A stretch of DNA of 64,000 nt. It comes from Chiloscyllium plagiosum (lineage: Eukaryota). Positions 1-11,349 of this stretch are shown piece after piece. Numbering within the stretch: the first letter of the stretch is position 1; the number at the start of each line of letters is the position of its first letter. The notes under the pieces are model-generated. The model saw only the letters and a program-made list of their open reading frames with translations, did not search any database and was not told the DNA's origin. The stretch is taken from the NCBI RefSeq assembly GCF_004010195.1, contig NC_057720.1, positions 33,408,195 to 33,472,194 on the forward strand. Direction: 5' to 3'. The translations under genes and the position numbers were made by a program.

Positions 1-163
1 GAAATAACACATTGTCATGCTTTTAAATACAAGTAAAAAAGTGAATGAACAGACTAAAATCATTGCTCACTTCACAGAATCAAACTTAAATGTTGGACAT
101 CAGATTTACTGATACATTTCATTATATAGATCTTTAGCCCTATTTTCTATCAACATTCCTCAC

Positions 164-244
164 CCTCAGTCCAAGCTCACTGTTGCTGTAATCCACAGGC
201 TCACAAAGATAGCTATATTTTGCACGAATTGAAGTCACCAGGAA
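164..244 (-). CDS. elovl8: ELOVL fatty-acid elongase (elovl8-like), coding exon 3 (81 nt): FLVTSIRAKYSYLCEPVDYSNSELGLR
   Basis: Minus strand: acceptor tttctttctAG, 27 open codons in phase with the previous exon, donor GTGAG. YSYLCEPVDYS is the conserved ELOVL motif. Downstream exons lie outside the window. Confidence 0.93.
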
Positions 245-489
245 CTAGAAAGAAACATTAGGTATTAGATTTATTAAAAAACACAATATCCACACAATGA
301 ACACTTCCGCTGAAACAGAACCATATGTTGTCATAGATGAAATCAAATGGTATCACACTGAGTGATTGCCACCTTTTATCTCTGCTGCCAATAAATAGAG
401 TCTCAGTTCACTTCAGACATTTAATAATGATGCATTGAAACGATATTCATTGATTTGCATCTGATCCAAATATCTCAACTCTTGATATG

Positions 490-530
490 TTAAAAATCAC
501 AACACTGGGTTATAGTCCAACAGGCTTGCT
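490..530 (-). repeat. PLE-derived tail fragment (HHR family C 3' flank)
   Basis: Reverse complement matches cctgttgaactataacctagtgtc at about 3890-3915. Confidence 0.5.
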
Positions 531-639
531 TGCTAATAGATGTTTTCATTTTGCTGAGGGTCATGCTTCCTCAGAGTTCAATCACAGCCAAGTCTGTGGT
601 ACCACAATCACTCCACAAGGTAGAAGGGAAGAAAGAAAT

Positions 640-830
640 ATGGAAGAGCAACGGTGATAGGGGACTCCATAGTCAAGCAATCAGACAGGCATTTGAGTCA
701 CAGTAAAGGTGACTCCAGAAAGTGGCCCCAGAAATAATAGATGTATTGATGGTCATGTTTCAAGATTCTATCAATGGCACAGTTCCTATGAATTTGAGGG
801 TAGTTAATGTAACCCTAAGATTTAAAAAAT
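640..830 (+). mobile_element. CR1 LINE fragments (ORF1 esterase-like GDSIV motif, then an ORF2 piece)
   Basis: gtgataggggactccatagtc = VIGDSIV; the downstream sequence resembles VPxDWRxANVTP. Confidence 0.55.
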
Positions 831-874
831 GAAGTCATAGAGTCATAGAAGTAGACAGAAAACAAGGAGCTACA

Positions 875-2930
875 GATCATAGAACAGTACAGCACAGTAC
901 AGGGTCTTCAGCCTTCGATGTTGTGCTGACCTTTTATCCTACTTTTATCCTACACATCCTTCATTTCCCTACCCACGTGCCTATCCAAGAGTTGTTTAAA
1001 TGTCCCTAATGTATTTGACTCTATTACCACTGCCAATTGTGCATTCCACACACCTACCACTCCCTGGACATCGCCCATAAACTTTCCACCAATCACCCCC
1101 TTGTGACAGCCATTTCTGCCCTGGACAAAAGTCTCTGGCTATTCATTCTATCTATGTCTCTCATCATCTTTTTTTTTACACCTCTCTCAAGTCGCCTTCT
1201 TTGCTCCAATGAGAAAAGCCCTAGCTCCCTCAATCTTCTTTCATAAGACATGCCCTCCAGTTCAGCATCCTGGTAAATCTCTTCTACACTCTCTCTCTTC
1301 CACATCTTTCTCACAACGGGGCGACCAGAATTCAACACAATATTCCAAGTGTGGTCTAACCAGGGCTTTACAGAGTGGCAGCATAACCTTGCAGTTCATA
1401 AGCTCAATCCCCAGCAATGAAAGCCAACATACCATACGCCTTAACAACCCTATCAACTTGGGTGGCAACTTTGAGGGATCTATGGACGTGGACTCGAAGA
1501 TGCCTCTGTTCCTCCACACTGTCAAGAATTCTGCCTTTAACCCTATATTCTGCATTCAAATTCCTTCTAAAACAAATCACTTCACATTTTTCCAGGTTGA
1601 ACTCCATCAACCGCTTCTTAGCGCAATTCTGCATCCTGTTAATGTCCTGTTGCAATCTACAACAGTCCTCCACACTATCCATAACTTCATCAACCATTTT
1701 GTCATCGGCAAACTTACTAACCCACCCCTCCATTCCTCATCCAAGTCATTTCTAAAAATCACGAAGAGCAGAAGTCCGAGAACAGATTCCTGCGGAACAC
1801 CACTGATCACTGAGCTCCAGGCTGAATTCTTTCCATCTACTACCACCCTTTGTCTTCTATGAGCCAGCCAATTCTATATCCAGATCACCAAATTTCCCTG
1901 TATCCAATGCCTCCTTACTTTCTGAATGAGCCTACCATGGGGAACCTGATCAAATGCCTTGCCAAAATCCATATACACCATATCCACTGTTCTACCTTCA
2001 ATGTGTTTTGTAACATCCTCAAAAAATTCAATAAGGCTTGAGAGGCATAACCTCCCCCTCAAAGCCATACTGTCTATATCTAATCAAACTATGCTTTTCC
2101 AAATAACCACAAATCCTGTCTCTCAGAATCCTTAATACCAATGTAAGACTGACTGGTCTGTAATTCCCAGGATTATCCCTATCCCCTTTCTTGAAAAAGG
2201 GAACAACATTTGCCACCCTCCAATCATCTGGTACTACTCCAGTGGACAGTGAGGATGCAAAGATCATTGTCAAAGGCACAGTAATCTCTTCCCTCGCTTC
2301 CCGTAGTAACCTTGGGTATATCCCATCCGGCTTAGGGGGCTTACCCGGACAAGCAACAAATCCAATTCCGCCTCCCCTCTAGTCGGCCTATCTATATTTT
2401 GAATCAGGAATCCGACACAATTCTGCTCCATCCAAACTAGCTGAACTAAAGAGGTTCCAATCAATATTAGAGAAGTTGAAGTCACCCATGGCAACCATTC
2501 TGTTACTTCTGCACCTTTCCAAATTCTGCCTCCCGATCTGCTTCTCCAGGTCTCTGTTACTATTGTCGGGTTGATAGAAAACTCCCATGAAGTGACTGCT
2601 CCTTTCCTGTTTCTGACTCCCACCCATACTGACTCAGTCAACTTACCCTCCTTGATGACCTCCCTTTCTGCAGCTGTGATACTCTGATTAGCAATACCAT
2701 TTCCCCACCTCTTTTACCTTCCTCTATTCCTTTTGAAACATTTAAACCCCAGAACATTTAATAACCATTCCTGCCTCTGGGATACCCAAGTCTCCATAAT
2801 GGCCACAACATCGTAGCTCCAAGTACTGATCCGCGCTCTAAGTTCATAATTTTTTTGCCTGACACTTCTTGCATTAAAAATAGACACACATCAACCCATC
2901 ACACTGACTGCAACTTTGCCCTTTCAACTG
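875..2930 (-). mobile_element. Degenerate CR1 (HER1-like) LINE ORF2, endonuclease to RT to 3' tail
   Basis: Frameshifted ORFs with [80 protein letters not shown]. Confidence 0.95.
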
Positions 2931-3099
2931 GCTATGCCAATTATAGCTCGGTTAGTCCGATATCAGGAGTTGGGAAAATGCTAGATCCATTGTAAAAGAT
3001 TTAACAGCAGAGCAGATGGAAAACAGTATTAGAATCAGACAGAGTCATCGTGGATTTATGAAAGGAAATCATGCTTGACCAATCAATTGGAATTGTGTG

Positions 3100-3640
3100 G
3101 TGGAAATGTTACTTGCCACTTGTCAGCCCAACCCTGGAAATTGTTCAGATCTTGCTGCATTTGGACACGGACTGCTTCAGCACCTGAGTAGTCATGAATG
3201 CTGCTGAACATTGTGCACTCATTGGTGAATATTCCCACTTCTGACATAATGATAGCGTGAAGGTCATTGATGAAGCAGCTGAAGATGGTTGGGACTAGGA
3301 CACTACCCTGAGGAACTCCTGCAGAGGTGTCCTGGAGCTAAGACGACTGACCTTCAACAACCACAACCTGCGTACCACACTTGATCAGATGTGACCCCTT
3401 GATGTCAAGGGCTGTGACTCTCACCTCACCTCTGGAATCCAGCTCTTTTGGTCCATTCTTGGACCAAGACTGTAATGAGGTCAAGAGTGGAGTGGCCCTG
3501 CCAGAACCCAAACTGGGCATCACTGAGCAAGTTATTGCTGAGCAGGTGCTGCTTGATAACACTATTGAAGACACCTTCCATCACTTTACTGATGACCATG
3601 AGTAAACTGATAGGGTGGTAACTGGCTGGGTTAGATTTGA
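3100..3640 (-). mobile_element. L2/CR1-group LINE RT fragment
   Basis: NPASYHPISLLMVISKVMEG...DAQFGF and VTALDIK motifs; same family as 47760-49260. Confidence 0.8.
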
Positions 3641-3841
3641 ATTTGATATAGGCCTGCAGATTGGGTACACAAGCAGCATGTGTGTTAGAAAGAAGCAATA
3701 TAGATTTAATGGAACAATTTCAAAAGGTATTTAGAGACAGAAACCTGGGAGTTCATGAGCATAGATCATTGATTGTGGCAGGACATATTCTCAAGAGGGA
3801 ACAAAGCACATGATTTCAGAAGTAAGAGATCTTGAGTAGAA

Positions 3842-3930
3842 GAGCCTGACGAAGGAGCAGCACTCCAAAAGCTTGTGATTTTGAATGAACCTGTTGAACT
3901 ATAACCTAGTGTCGCGAGACTTCTGACTTA
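3842..3930 (+). ncRNA. Minimal hammerhead motif (family C, decayed) in a PLE-type tail
   Basis: CTGACGA-A-GGAG-cagca-CTCC-(A)AAA-GC-TT; catalytic G12 changed to A at a CpG. Confidence 0.6.
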
Positions 3931-3984
3931 GCAGTATAACAGGATTACTCTTAATTACAAGAAATTAGAAAGAAGCACACGTAC

Positions 3985-4172
3985 CTCCCAAAAAATATAA
4001 GCGGAGATAGCAACTAGGGAAAAATTGTAAACAAGTAGTACATATTTCAGATTGAATGGTTCTCGATTGCGCATGTACTTTGGTCCATATTTGCAGATTA
4101 GAAGGTAGATTATGAAGGTCACAATAATGGGAATTGGTGAGTACACCAGGAACCAGGGGTCAGTCCTCTTGT
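3985..4172 (-). CDS. elovl8: ELOVL elongase (elovl8-like), coding exon 2 (188 nt): (D)KRTDPWFLVYSPIPIIVTFIIYLLICKYGPKYMRNREPFNLKYVLLVYNFSLVAISAYIFWE
   Basis: Acceptor tatttcAG, donor GAG|GTAC. Phase 1 joins the G of the upstream exon to give GAC (Asp). DKRTDPWxLVYSP, GPKxMxxRxP and VYN are ELOVL hallmarks; the first matches my recollection of fish Elovl8. Confidence 0.95.
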
Positions 4173-4951
4173 CTGAAATATTTGAAAAGAGACAATTAAA
4201 ACAAATAAGTCAGCTGTTAACCATACACAATCGTGCACACACCTTTTTCCCCACATAAAGAACACACTATCTTTAAAATAGATCTGAATTATAGGCAAAC
4301 TTTTTGGCCATAGTAATCTAAGAAATGGTAATCAAAATTCCTTCTAGCTACATGTAATTGGTGCTCAGTACCTTAAACATGAAACAGGCTAGTACTCAAT
4401 CCTCTGTCCCATACACCCAAAAAAAACACACTTTCCCAGCCAAATCTAGGAACTGTAGTAGCAGTCGGGGACAGCAAAAGGCACAGAATGTCTGCAGACA
4501 TTTATAGGCATAATGTTCACAAGAAGAGAAAGCTTTGATCCTCTTATTGTGTATTCGTAAGAAAAGTACAAGGTGTGTTTAAACCAAATAAAAGACTGAC
4601 ATAAATCCAGTGAGATTATAGGGCAGGAAGGCAGGCAACCTATCACGTGTTTGCAAGAAGAATTAAAACCAATTCTATCATCATTATATAATTTCCTGTG
4701 CACCATATGTTCTTTTGTCCTTAAGAATGTCAATGATCCACACTCTCCACCTATTCCCATTGATAAAGTAATCCATGCTTCAACAAATTAAAGACTGGAA
4801 TAATTACTGATGCTGAAGAAAATGGAAACAAATAGTGAAACAAACACCAGTTTTTCTCCTCCTATTTTGGCCGATAAACCATATTCTATACCTGTTTAAT
4901 CCAGTAATAAATTAGGTTCTTGAGGACATACTGGAATGCTGTTTCTCTTAC

Positions 4952-5009
4952 CTCCATTTTCCACTGCCCAGTCATAAAAGTCTCTAATCTTTTCCCAGGT
5001 AGAAGCCAT
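4952..5009 (-). CDS. elovl8: ELOVL elongase (elovl8-like), first coding exon: MASTWEKIRDFYDWAVENG+G
   Basis: ATG at 5009-5007, 19 codons plus 1 nt, donor G|GTAAG. A likely acceptor (tttatatcttccAG at 5041-5040) implies about 30 nt of 5'UTR in this exon (from 5039) and a further non-coding exon upstream. Confidence 0.92.
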
Positions 5010-5214
5010 AGAGTTCACAATGTTCTATAATTGAAATTCCTGGAAGATATAAACATAATACAAGTTAATGGTGGACTATTCTGCTTATTTTAGAAATCAA
5101 GCTCTTATTGATAAAACATCTATAATTGAGCCAATAAAAACTAGAACAGATTTTTGTTGCAAAAAAAAAAATCACCCCATCCTTCCGCCACTGCTTTGAA
5201 ATGAGCCAGTAAAA

Positions 5215-5415
5215 AGAGCTGCACCAGGAAGAATTGGTACAAGCAAGTACAGTTACAACATTTGAAAGATATTTAGACAGATAGATGAATAGGAAAGGTT
5301 TAGAGGCATATATGGGCCAAAAGGCAGGAAAATGGGAAGAGTGTAGTTTGGGAAACCTGGTCAGCATGGATGAGTTGGACAGAAGGGTTTGTTTCCATGC
5401 TGTCTGACTCTAAAA
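5215..5415 (+). mobile_element. CR1 3' end fragment
   Basis: Typical 3' tail ...gaagggtttgtttccatgctgtctgactcta, shared with other CR1 copies in the window. Confidence 0.8.
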
Positions 5416-5689
5416 CTCCAAATGCCCTTGTCCTCCTTTCCCTCTCTCTTACAGCTTTCAAACCCCAGTGAATAAACTGCCTGGCCTATAGTTGGTAGTT
5501 CTACATGCCAAAATGAGGAAATCAGAGGAAAGCTTGCTCTTTACCAGATTAGAAGAATGCGCTTAGAAGTCACAATGCACTGTGCTGCAGTATATTAGCC
5601 ATGCCATCCATATGAAAAATTAAAATATCACATGAAGATCCAAGTTATTGGCTATGTTCCCCCCCCCCAAATAAAACATTGAAAAAAGA

Positions 5690-6085
5690 CATTATAGAGT
5701 CATACAGCAGGGAAGTAGACCCTTCAGTCCAACCAGTCCATGCCAAACATTATCCCAAATTAAACTAGTCCCACCTGCCTGTTCCTGACACAAAACCCTC
5801 TAAACTGTTCCTATTCATGTACCTATCCAAATGTCTTAAATGTTGTAATGTTACCCACATCCACCACTTCTTCAGGAAGTTCATTCCAACAACTCATTCT
5901 CTGAAGTATGAAGTTCATTCTGTGTAACAAATTTGCCCCTCATATCGTTTTCAAATTTCACTCCTCTCAATTTAAAAATGTGCCCCTGAGACTTTAAATC
6001 CCACATCAGAGGGAAAAGACAACTACCATTAATTCTATCTATACCCTCATTATTTTATAAACTTCTATCAGGGCACCTCTCGATC
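5690..6085 (-). mobile_element. CR1 3' end fragment
   Basis: Reverse complement of the CR1 tail family seen at 15100-15435 and 44330-44620. Confidence 0.85.
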
Positions 6086-7146
6086 TCTTGACTCATGTCA
6101 AAGCATATTGGCTTGCACTCATCAGGCCACTAGAAATGCTAGAAGAGAAAATAACTTTAATATTGCATAAAGAAGAGTGCTGATTGGTTGCCAAGTAGAC
6201 TCCAATTGGTACAGGCATTGCCACAGAGAATGTAATAGTTAGAGATGACTGACAGTTAATTGCATGGCTTTGTTTACATTTTAAAGTAGACAGATTGACT
6301 GCAATTAAATCATTTGTAAGGGCGAGGCATCAACCACCAGAGAACAATGCATTGGTGTATACTGAAAATTACATATATTAATCAAAAGGGCTTTGTCGTC
6401 TTTTCCCAGGGTTCATTTCCCAGGGTTATTAGAGCCAATCAACCTTGTTTTAAATGTTTGGTGATTAATTGCCAATCATTAACTGTTGTATTCTCCAATA
6501 CAACACCTCTAGCAATCAGAGTGCATATTGCCAACCAACCAATTTCATATGCACAATATTAATCGTGCTTTCCCTTTATTTGGTATTTCTTGTACTCATC
6601 AGGTCAACTGACAAGGCACTTACAACAAGTCTGTTTGTCTTCAGTATTGTTTAAAATTGTGTACTACCAAACGACTACAGTGACAACATTGATAAAGACT
6701 GAAATAGATGACGTGCAATGTGCCATTTGCAAGACATGGTATGAAACTAGCCAGCCTTTTTTTCCCCACAAGCCTATTGCAATCCCTCTCAACTGTGGAG
6801 AGATTTAAGCATTTGCAGATAACGGTGTTTCATTTCCACTAAAAGCCAATCCACAGTAAATGAAATAATCTTGTCAGTGGAAGAAACCAAATTAAAATAT
6901 TTTCTTCACTTTCTAACCCATTTCCACAGTGTATAATATTTTAATTGATATTAATGTTTACTCATGAACTGCACAGATGTATTAATTATAAATAATTCAT
7001 TTGCAAATATATTTGATCAGTGAAGATCAGATAGAGTTAAAGATTTTGTCCTCCCATTTACAAACAAATGTAAATATTACAAAGCCTGTTCTCGCTTGGC
7101 ATGCGAGATGTATGGGATTGTTGCCCACATTCTCCACAATGCTTTT

Positions 7147-7455
7147 GGGTGGCACAGTGGTTAGCACTGCTGTCTAACAGCGCCAGAGAACTGGGTTCAA
7201 TTCCCGCCTCGGGCAACTGTCTGTGTGGAGTTTGCACATTCTCCCAGTGTCTGTGTGGGTTTCCTCTGGGTGCTCCAGTTTCCACTCTCAGTCTAAAGAT
7301 GTGCTGGTTAGGTGAATTGGCCATGCTAAATTGCCTGTAGTGTTAGGTGAAGGGGTAAATGTAGGGGAATGGGTCTGGGTGAGTTGCTCTTCGGAGGATT
7401 GGTGTGGACTTGTTGGGCCGAAGGGCCTGTTTCCACACTAAGTAATCTAATCTAA
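7147..7455 (+). mobile_element. HE1-type tRNA-derived V-SINE
   Basis: A box gtggcacagtgg, B box ggttcaattccc, V-domain tgtgtggagtttgcacattctcc, CR1-like tail and (aatct)n end. Confidence 0.92.
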
Positions 7456-8189
7456 AAAAAAATTATTTTACAGATACATCTTCCTGTGTGAAATCCAACA
7501 GTTAAACACCTTAACAGCCTACATCTAACCTATTTTTATTTTTAAAAAAGCTCTTTTTAAACACAGAAATACAACACAATATGAAACATTATGTTGTATA
7601 CAATAGCTAATTCAACCACCAGTCAAATCAGTGCTGTAACACAGAAGTGCCACAACAGTTTATGTTGCTAAAGAATGCTTTTTTCAAACACAGGGTCATA
7701 ATAGCAACATAGACAATGGCACTTTTATTGGATTTATTATCTAATTCCCACAGGATGGGAGTGTCCTACAATTGCAAAGTCTTTACAGCTTGGAGTTACC
7801 CTGCACATAGGACAATTGTAAATTGATATTAGTGGTCTCAACAGAAGAGTTTTTGCCAGTTAAAACTAGATTCAATCCGACAACTTGACTTCTTAACAGA
7901 TTCAGTTGTAACATACTTACTTGTAAATTTTTTTAATTAAATCAATGACAAGTGTACAAGTTATTTAGGATCAACACCGTAAAAAGTTCATCAAAACCCA
8001 AATTACCTAAGACGACAAAATATACGAGAAGGAAGCTATAATGACCCCTTTTCATTCAATAAGATCACGACTGACCTTCTGCACCAATTCCAACTCTATC
8101 CCTTGATTTCCTTACTATTAAGCTCAGTTTTGAACCAGAAGTTGAGTGACAGCCAAAGTCTCTAAAAACAGCAAAATCTAAAGATTCAT

Positions 8190-8380
8190 TGAAATCCAGG
8201 GGAAGAAAACAGAGCTAACATGTCGGGTTCCAGTGACCCTTCTTCAGAACTCAGTTACAGGACTTCAAATGTTGGCTCTCTGTTTTTTCTTCACGGCGGT
8301 TGTCAGACCTGCTGAGTTTCTCCATCAATTTCTGTCTTTGTTTGGTTTAGATCCCGAGCATCCTCAGTTTTAGGATTTAT
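8190..8380. mobile_element. Inverted PLE-tail pair (HHR family B, decayed)
   Basis: Minus strand gagtt-CTGAAGA-A-GGGTC-actg-GAACCC-GACA-TG-TT-agctc, followed by a plus-strand copy of the tail. Confidence 0.65.
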
Positions 8381-8591
8381 TTTAATTATTTCTAATTGAT
8401 ATGTTTCTTCCTCAGCATCCAAGGGCACACTCCAGTCAAGTGATCATTTGTATGCTCCACCTCTATGGATATTGGTATCATTTAGTCTTCAGCCTCACTA
8501 CATCACAATACACATTTCTGATCCATTTACAATTCAGTTCTCCACTTGAAAGCTGCACTCGTCATTGTAATGGTGCTGCCAGGACACTTGT

Positions 8592-9275
8592 TGAATGAAT
8601 GAAAGAAAGAATTTTTTTATTGTCATGTGTATTTTACAGTAAGAACACATAAGAAAAGTGAAAAGCTTTCATTTGCCACCACAGTTCAGGCCATTTTCAA
8701 TAATTTAAGAACAAGGGAACCAAAAAAAAGATATAGCTTAAGAGAATCCATCGGTCGTGAGCCAACTTATCACCAATGACGCCTGTGCCACGATCCCTCC
8801 TCCACCACTTTGCCGCCATCTATACAACCAATCAAGTTGCCCATCATCAGTTGTCATCTTTTGCCATTGGGCCAATACTCCTTTGCCACCGCCTTGCAGT
8901 CACCTGCACCAGACTAACCAATGCCAGAGTCGCGTCTCTTGCCACTGGGCCCACGTCAATGTTGCTGTGAAGCCCTTCCACCACCACTTTGCTGCTGCCA
9001 CAGATCCAACCAACAAAGTAGCCAATCCTCAGGCACCATTTTTTGCCACTGGGCCGCCCTTGCTGAAGTTACTTCTTCGGATTCCGATGCCAGATCCTGT
9101 GCTCATTCCAGAAAAGTAAGGAAGGTTTCACTTGAGGTCCACACTGGGCGCTCTCAGCCACCAATGCCGTCCGAACTTCGGACAAGAGGGAAGTAAAAGG
9201 TATGGAGACAGGGAAAAGAGAGAAAAGAGAAATGATCGGAGTGGAGCTCAGGAGCACTACTCTGCCGCTATCTTG
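8592..9275 (-). mobile_element. Unclassified non-autonomous retroelement (CAAGATGGC-type 5' end, TGACAATAAA-(TTCA)n 3' end)
   Basis: Both termini are shared with 25205-26070; three internal degenerate repeats. Confidence 0.6.
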
Positions 9276-9764
9276 TTTTGTGCATGTAGGGTTGTTACAC
9301 ATGGACAGACACCAGTTCATAGATTGGACGAGGACACACATCAGGGCTCCTCAGTCACTCTCCCAGCATTCATTCACTTTATACCTACCTGAATGCTCAC
9401 TACTTCTCTGCTTTGCATTTTTACACTCGCCACCTCAAATCAGAACTTCAAAGCTCAAAGTATTTCCACATTGCTTGTTGTTTCGCTCAGGCACAAAGCC
9501 AAGCAGACTGTCATGGTTGTCAGAAGTCTGCAGGGGTGGACATGTTACTGAACTGCAATGTATCATATTGTAGGTATAACACTGACACGCTAAAACAGCT
9601 TAACCAAAAACATGCAATGTGCTTCAACCAAATGGCCAAGGAGGAAATGTTTTTGGTCAGTCAGGAGCTCCCAATACAGTCAGTCAAGAGCAGTGTCCAA
9701 TCTCAATCCGGGGCAATGGATGCAGTTGGCCAGCTGCTTTGGTCAGTCAGGATCAGCGTTTCAA

Positions 9765-9826
9765 AGCTTTTTACAGAGCTTTTCACTGTGCATCGGTACA
9801 CGTGACAATAAATTCAATTCAATTCA
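9765..9826 (+). repeat. LINE 3' tail stub
   Basis: agcttttcactgtgcatcggtacacgtgacAATAAA(ttcaa)3. Confidence 0.55.
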
Positions 9827-10320
9827 GGGAACATGGGCCAGTCAGGGCCACAACTATGTTCAGTGGCAATCATTTGGGGAGCTGCACAGAGACCGGACAG
9901 GGTTCTGGTCGTTCGTCAGTTGTGACTCTCCATCCAAATTTGTCAAAGGAGTGGGTCATGGGTCAGTCTTGGAGGTCACCTCATTGAAGGTCAAGGAGAC
10001 TAATAGTGGACAGTGATGTGCAAGGCAGTCTGGGGAAGTCATTTGAATTTAATTAGCTATCTTGACACATTGTAGGAATAAATTAGATAGTAGAGAAATA
10101 ATAAGTTTAGAACAACAGTCCTTCCAACCAGGTCCGTGATGACACCTAGCCTTCAGTTCACGCCAGGCTTCAACCGGCTTCACCTCTAGGTTCATGAGGT
10201 TGGAAGACTGTTCTGAATCACCTTGAGTCCAGAAGTCCAAGTGGAGGCCACGCAGGGCTGAAAGACCGCAAGGTCAGGGTGGGAGGTTGCCATGCTGGGA
10301 TGTGATGATGACACTGCTCC

Positions 10321-10933
10321 TTTCACAAGGTTACTGTTGTCCTTGGGTTTTTTCCCCCAGAGAGGTCACAAAAAGACACAGACTCCAAAACGTCTACGTT
10401 GAAGAGTTTTAGGACCAATTTGACTATAGCTAACAGGTACTGCCTCAGGCAAAAGGCTTCCAAGTTTTAAAAACCCTTGTACAATGAAAGGGGAGTGGCC
10501 CGTTCTCTCAGCTGAGCTTTCCTCTGGTTTGATTTGGTTTTTGGCAATCTGGCAATTCACTGAAAGCAGTCAGGCAGTTTTGAAGCTGCTGAACCCCAAG
10601 AAGCAGGTCCATGCCGGTACTCTCCTATAAGACCCTGTGTTTGATTTTACTTTTTGTGCCTAGGGGTGTTTATGGGGATTGTTGCAATTATTGGGAACAG
10701 CATCATTAAGTGGGATGATCCGTTGGGTTTTTGGATAGGTTAAGTTATTCTGCATTCTGTTCTCTTTTGTTTATGTTTCATTCAGTAATTCTGTTTTGTT
10801 TAAAACTAAGTGATTTAACCAGTGGCATCTCCCCTGGAATATCCAATTTATACCTGCTTAGAACAACTAGCAAAGTTAGGGTGTGGGCTACATTCTTGAA
10901 ATGTTTTGAGGGAGTCTGGTCTGGTCCATAACA
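10321..10933 (+). mobile_element. Probable solo LTR
   Basis: About 610 bp block ending ...ggtccataACA that interrupts another repeat. No clear 5' TG or TSD. Confidence 0.4.
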
Positions 10934-11349
10934 GATGAAACATTGCCATGTCAGGCCAAGATGATGTCACACTGTGCCGGGAGGACATCTCACTGGGCCT
11001 TCACTGAGGCAAGGTGTCCGAGGCTGGAAAGAAAGGAGAGAGAAGAAAGAAGAAAAAAAAAAAAGAACGTACAGAGCGGATGATTTCTGGCTGAAACTTT
11101 CTATTCTGCTGCCTTCTTGGAATAATAGAGGATTGATAGCAAAATGCTGGGATGCAGAAGGGACAATAATTGTGAAGACGACGAGATTCAATAAGGATTG
11201 GAGACTATTGTGCATTGCTGGACATGTGTTACTGTGGAAGGATGGAGTCATTAGTCATGAACACCCTGGCTGGACCTAGGGTCAGGGCAGCATGATGGTT
11301 GCACGACTAAGCTATAGGGCTGAGGCAGAGGAGGCTATTTTTGAAAAAG

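Noticed and set aside
1209..1862. 217-aa plus-strand ORF
   Set aside because: Antisense shadow of the minus-strand CR1 RT.
7147..7225. tRNA-like A/B boxes here and at 24722, 41588 and 58006
   Set aside because: They are heads of HE1 SINEs, continuing into the V-domain and tail, not tRNA genes.
8757..10016. Cluster of 90-130 aa overlapping ORFs
   Set aside because: They arise from GC-rich repeat sequence, with no coherent protein motif or splice structure. 9420-10040 may be a very old LINE remnant but I could not assign it.
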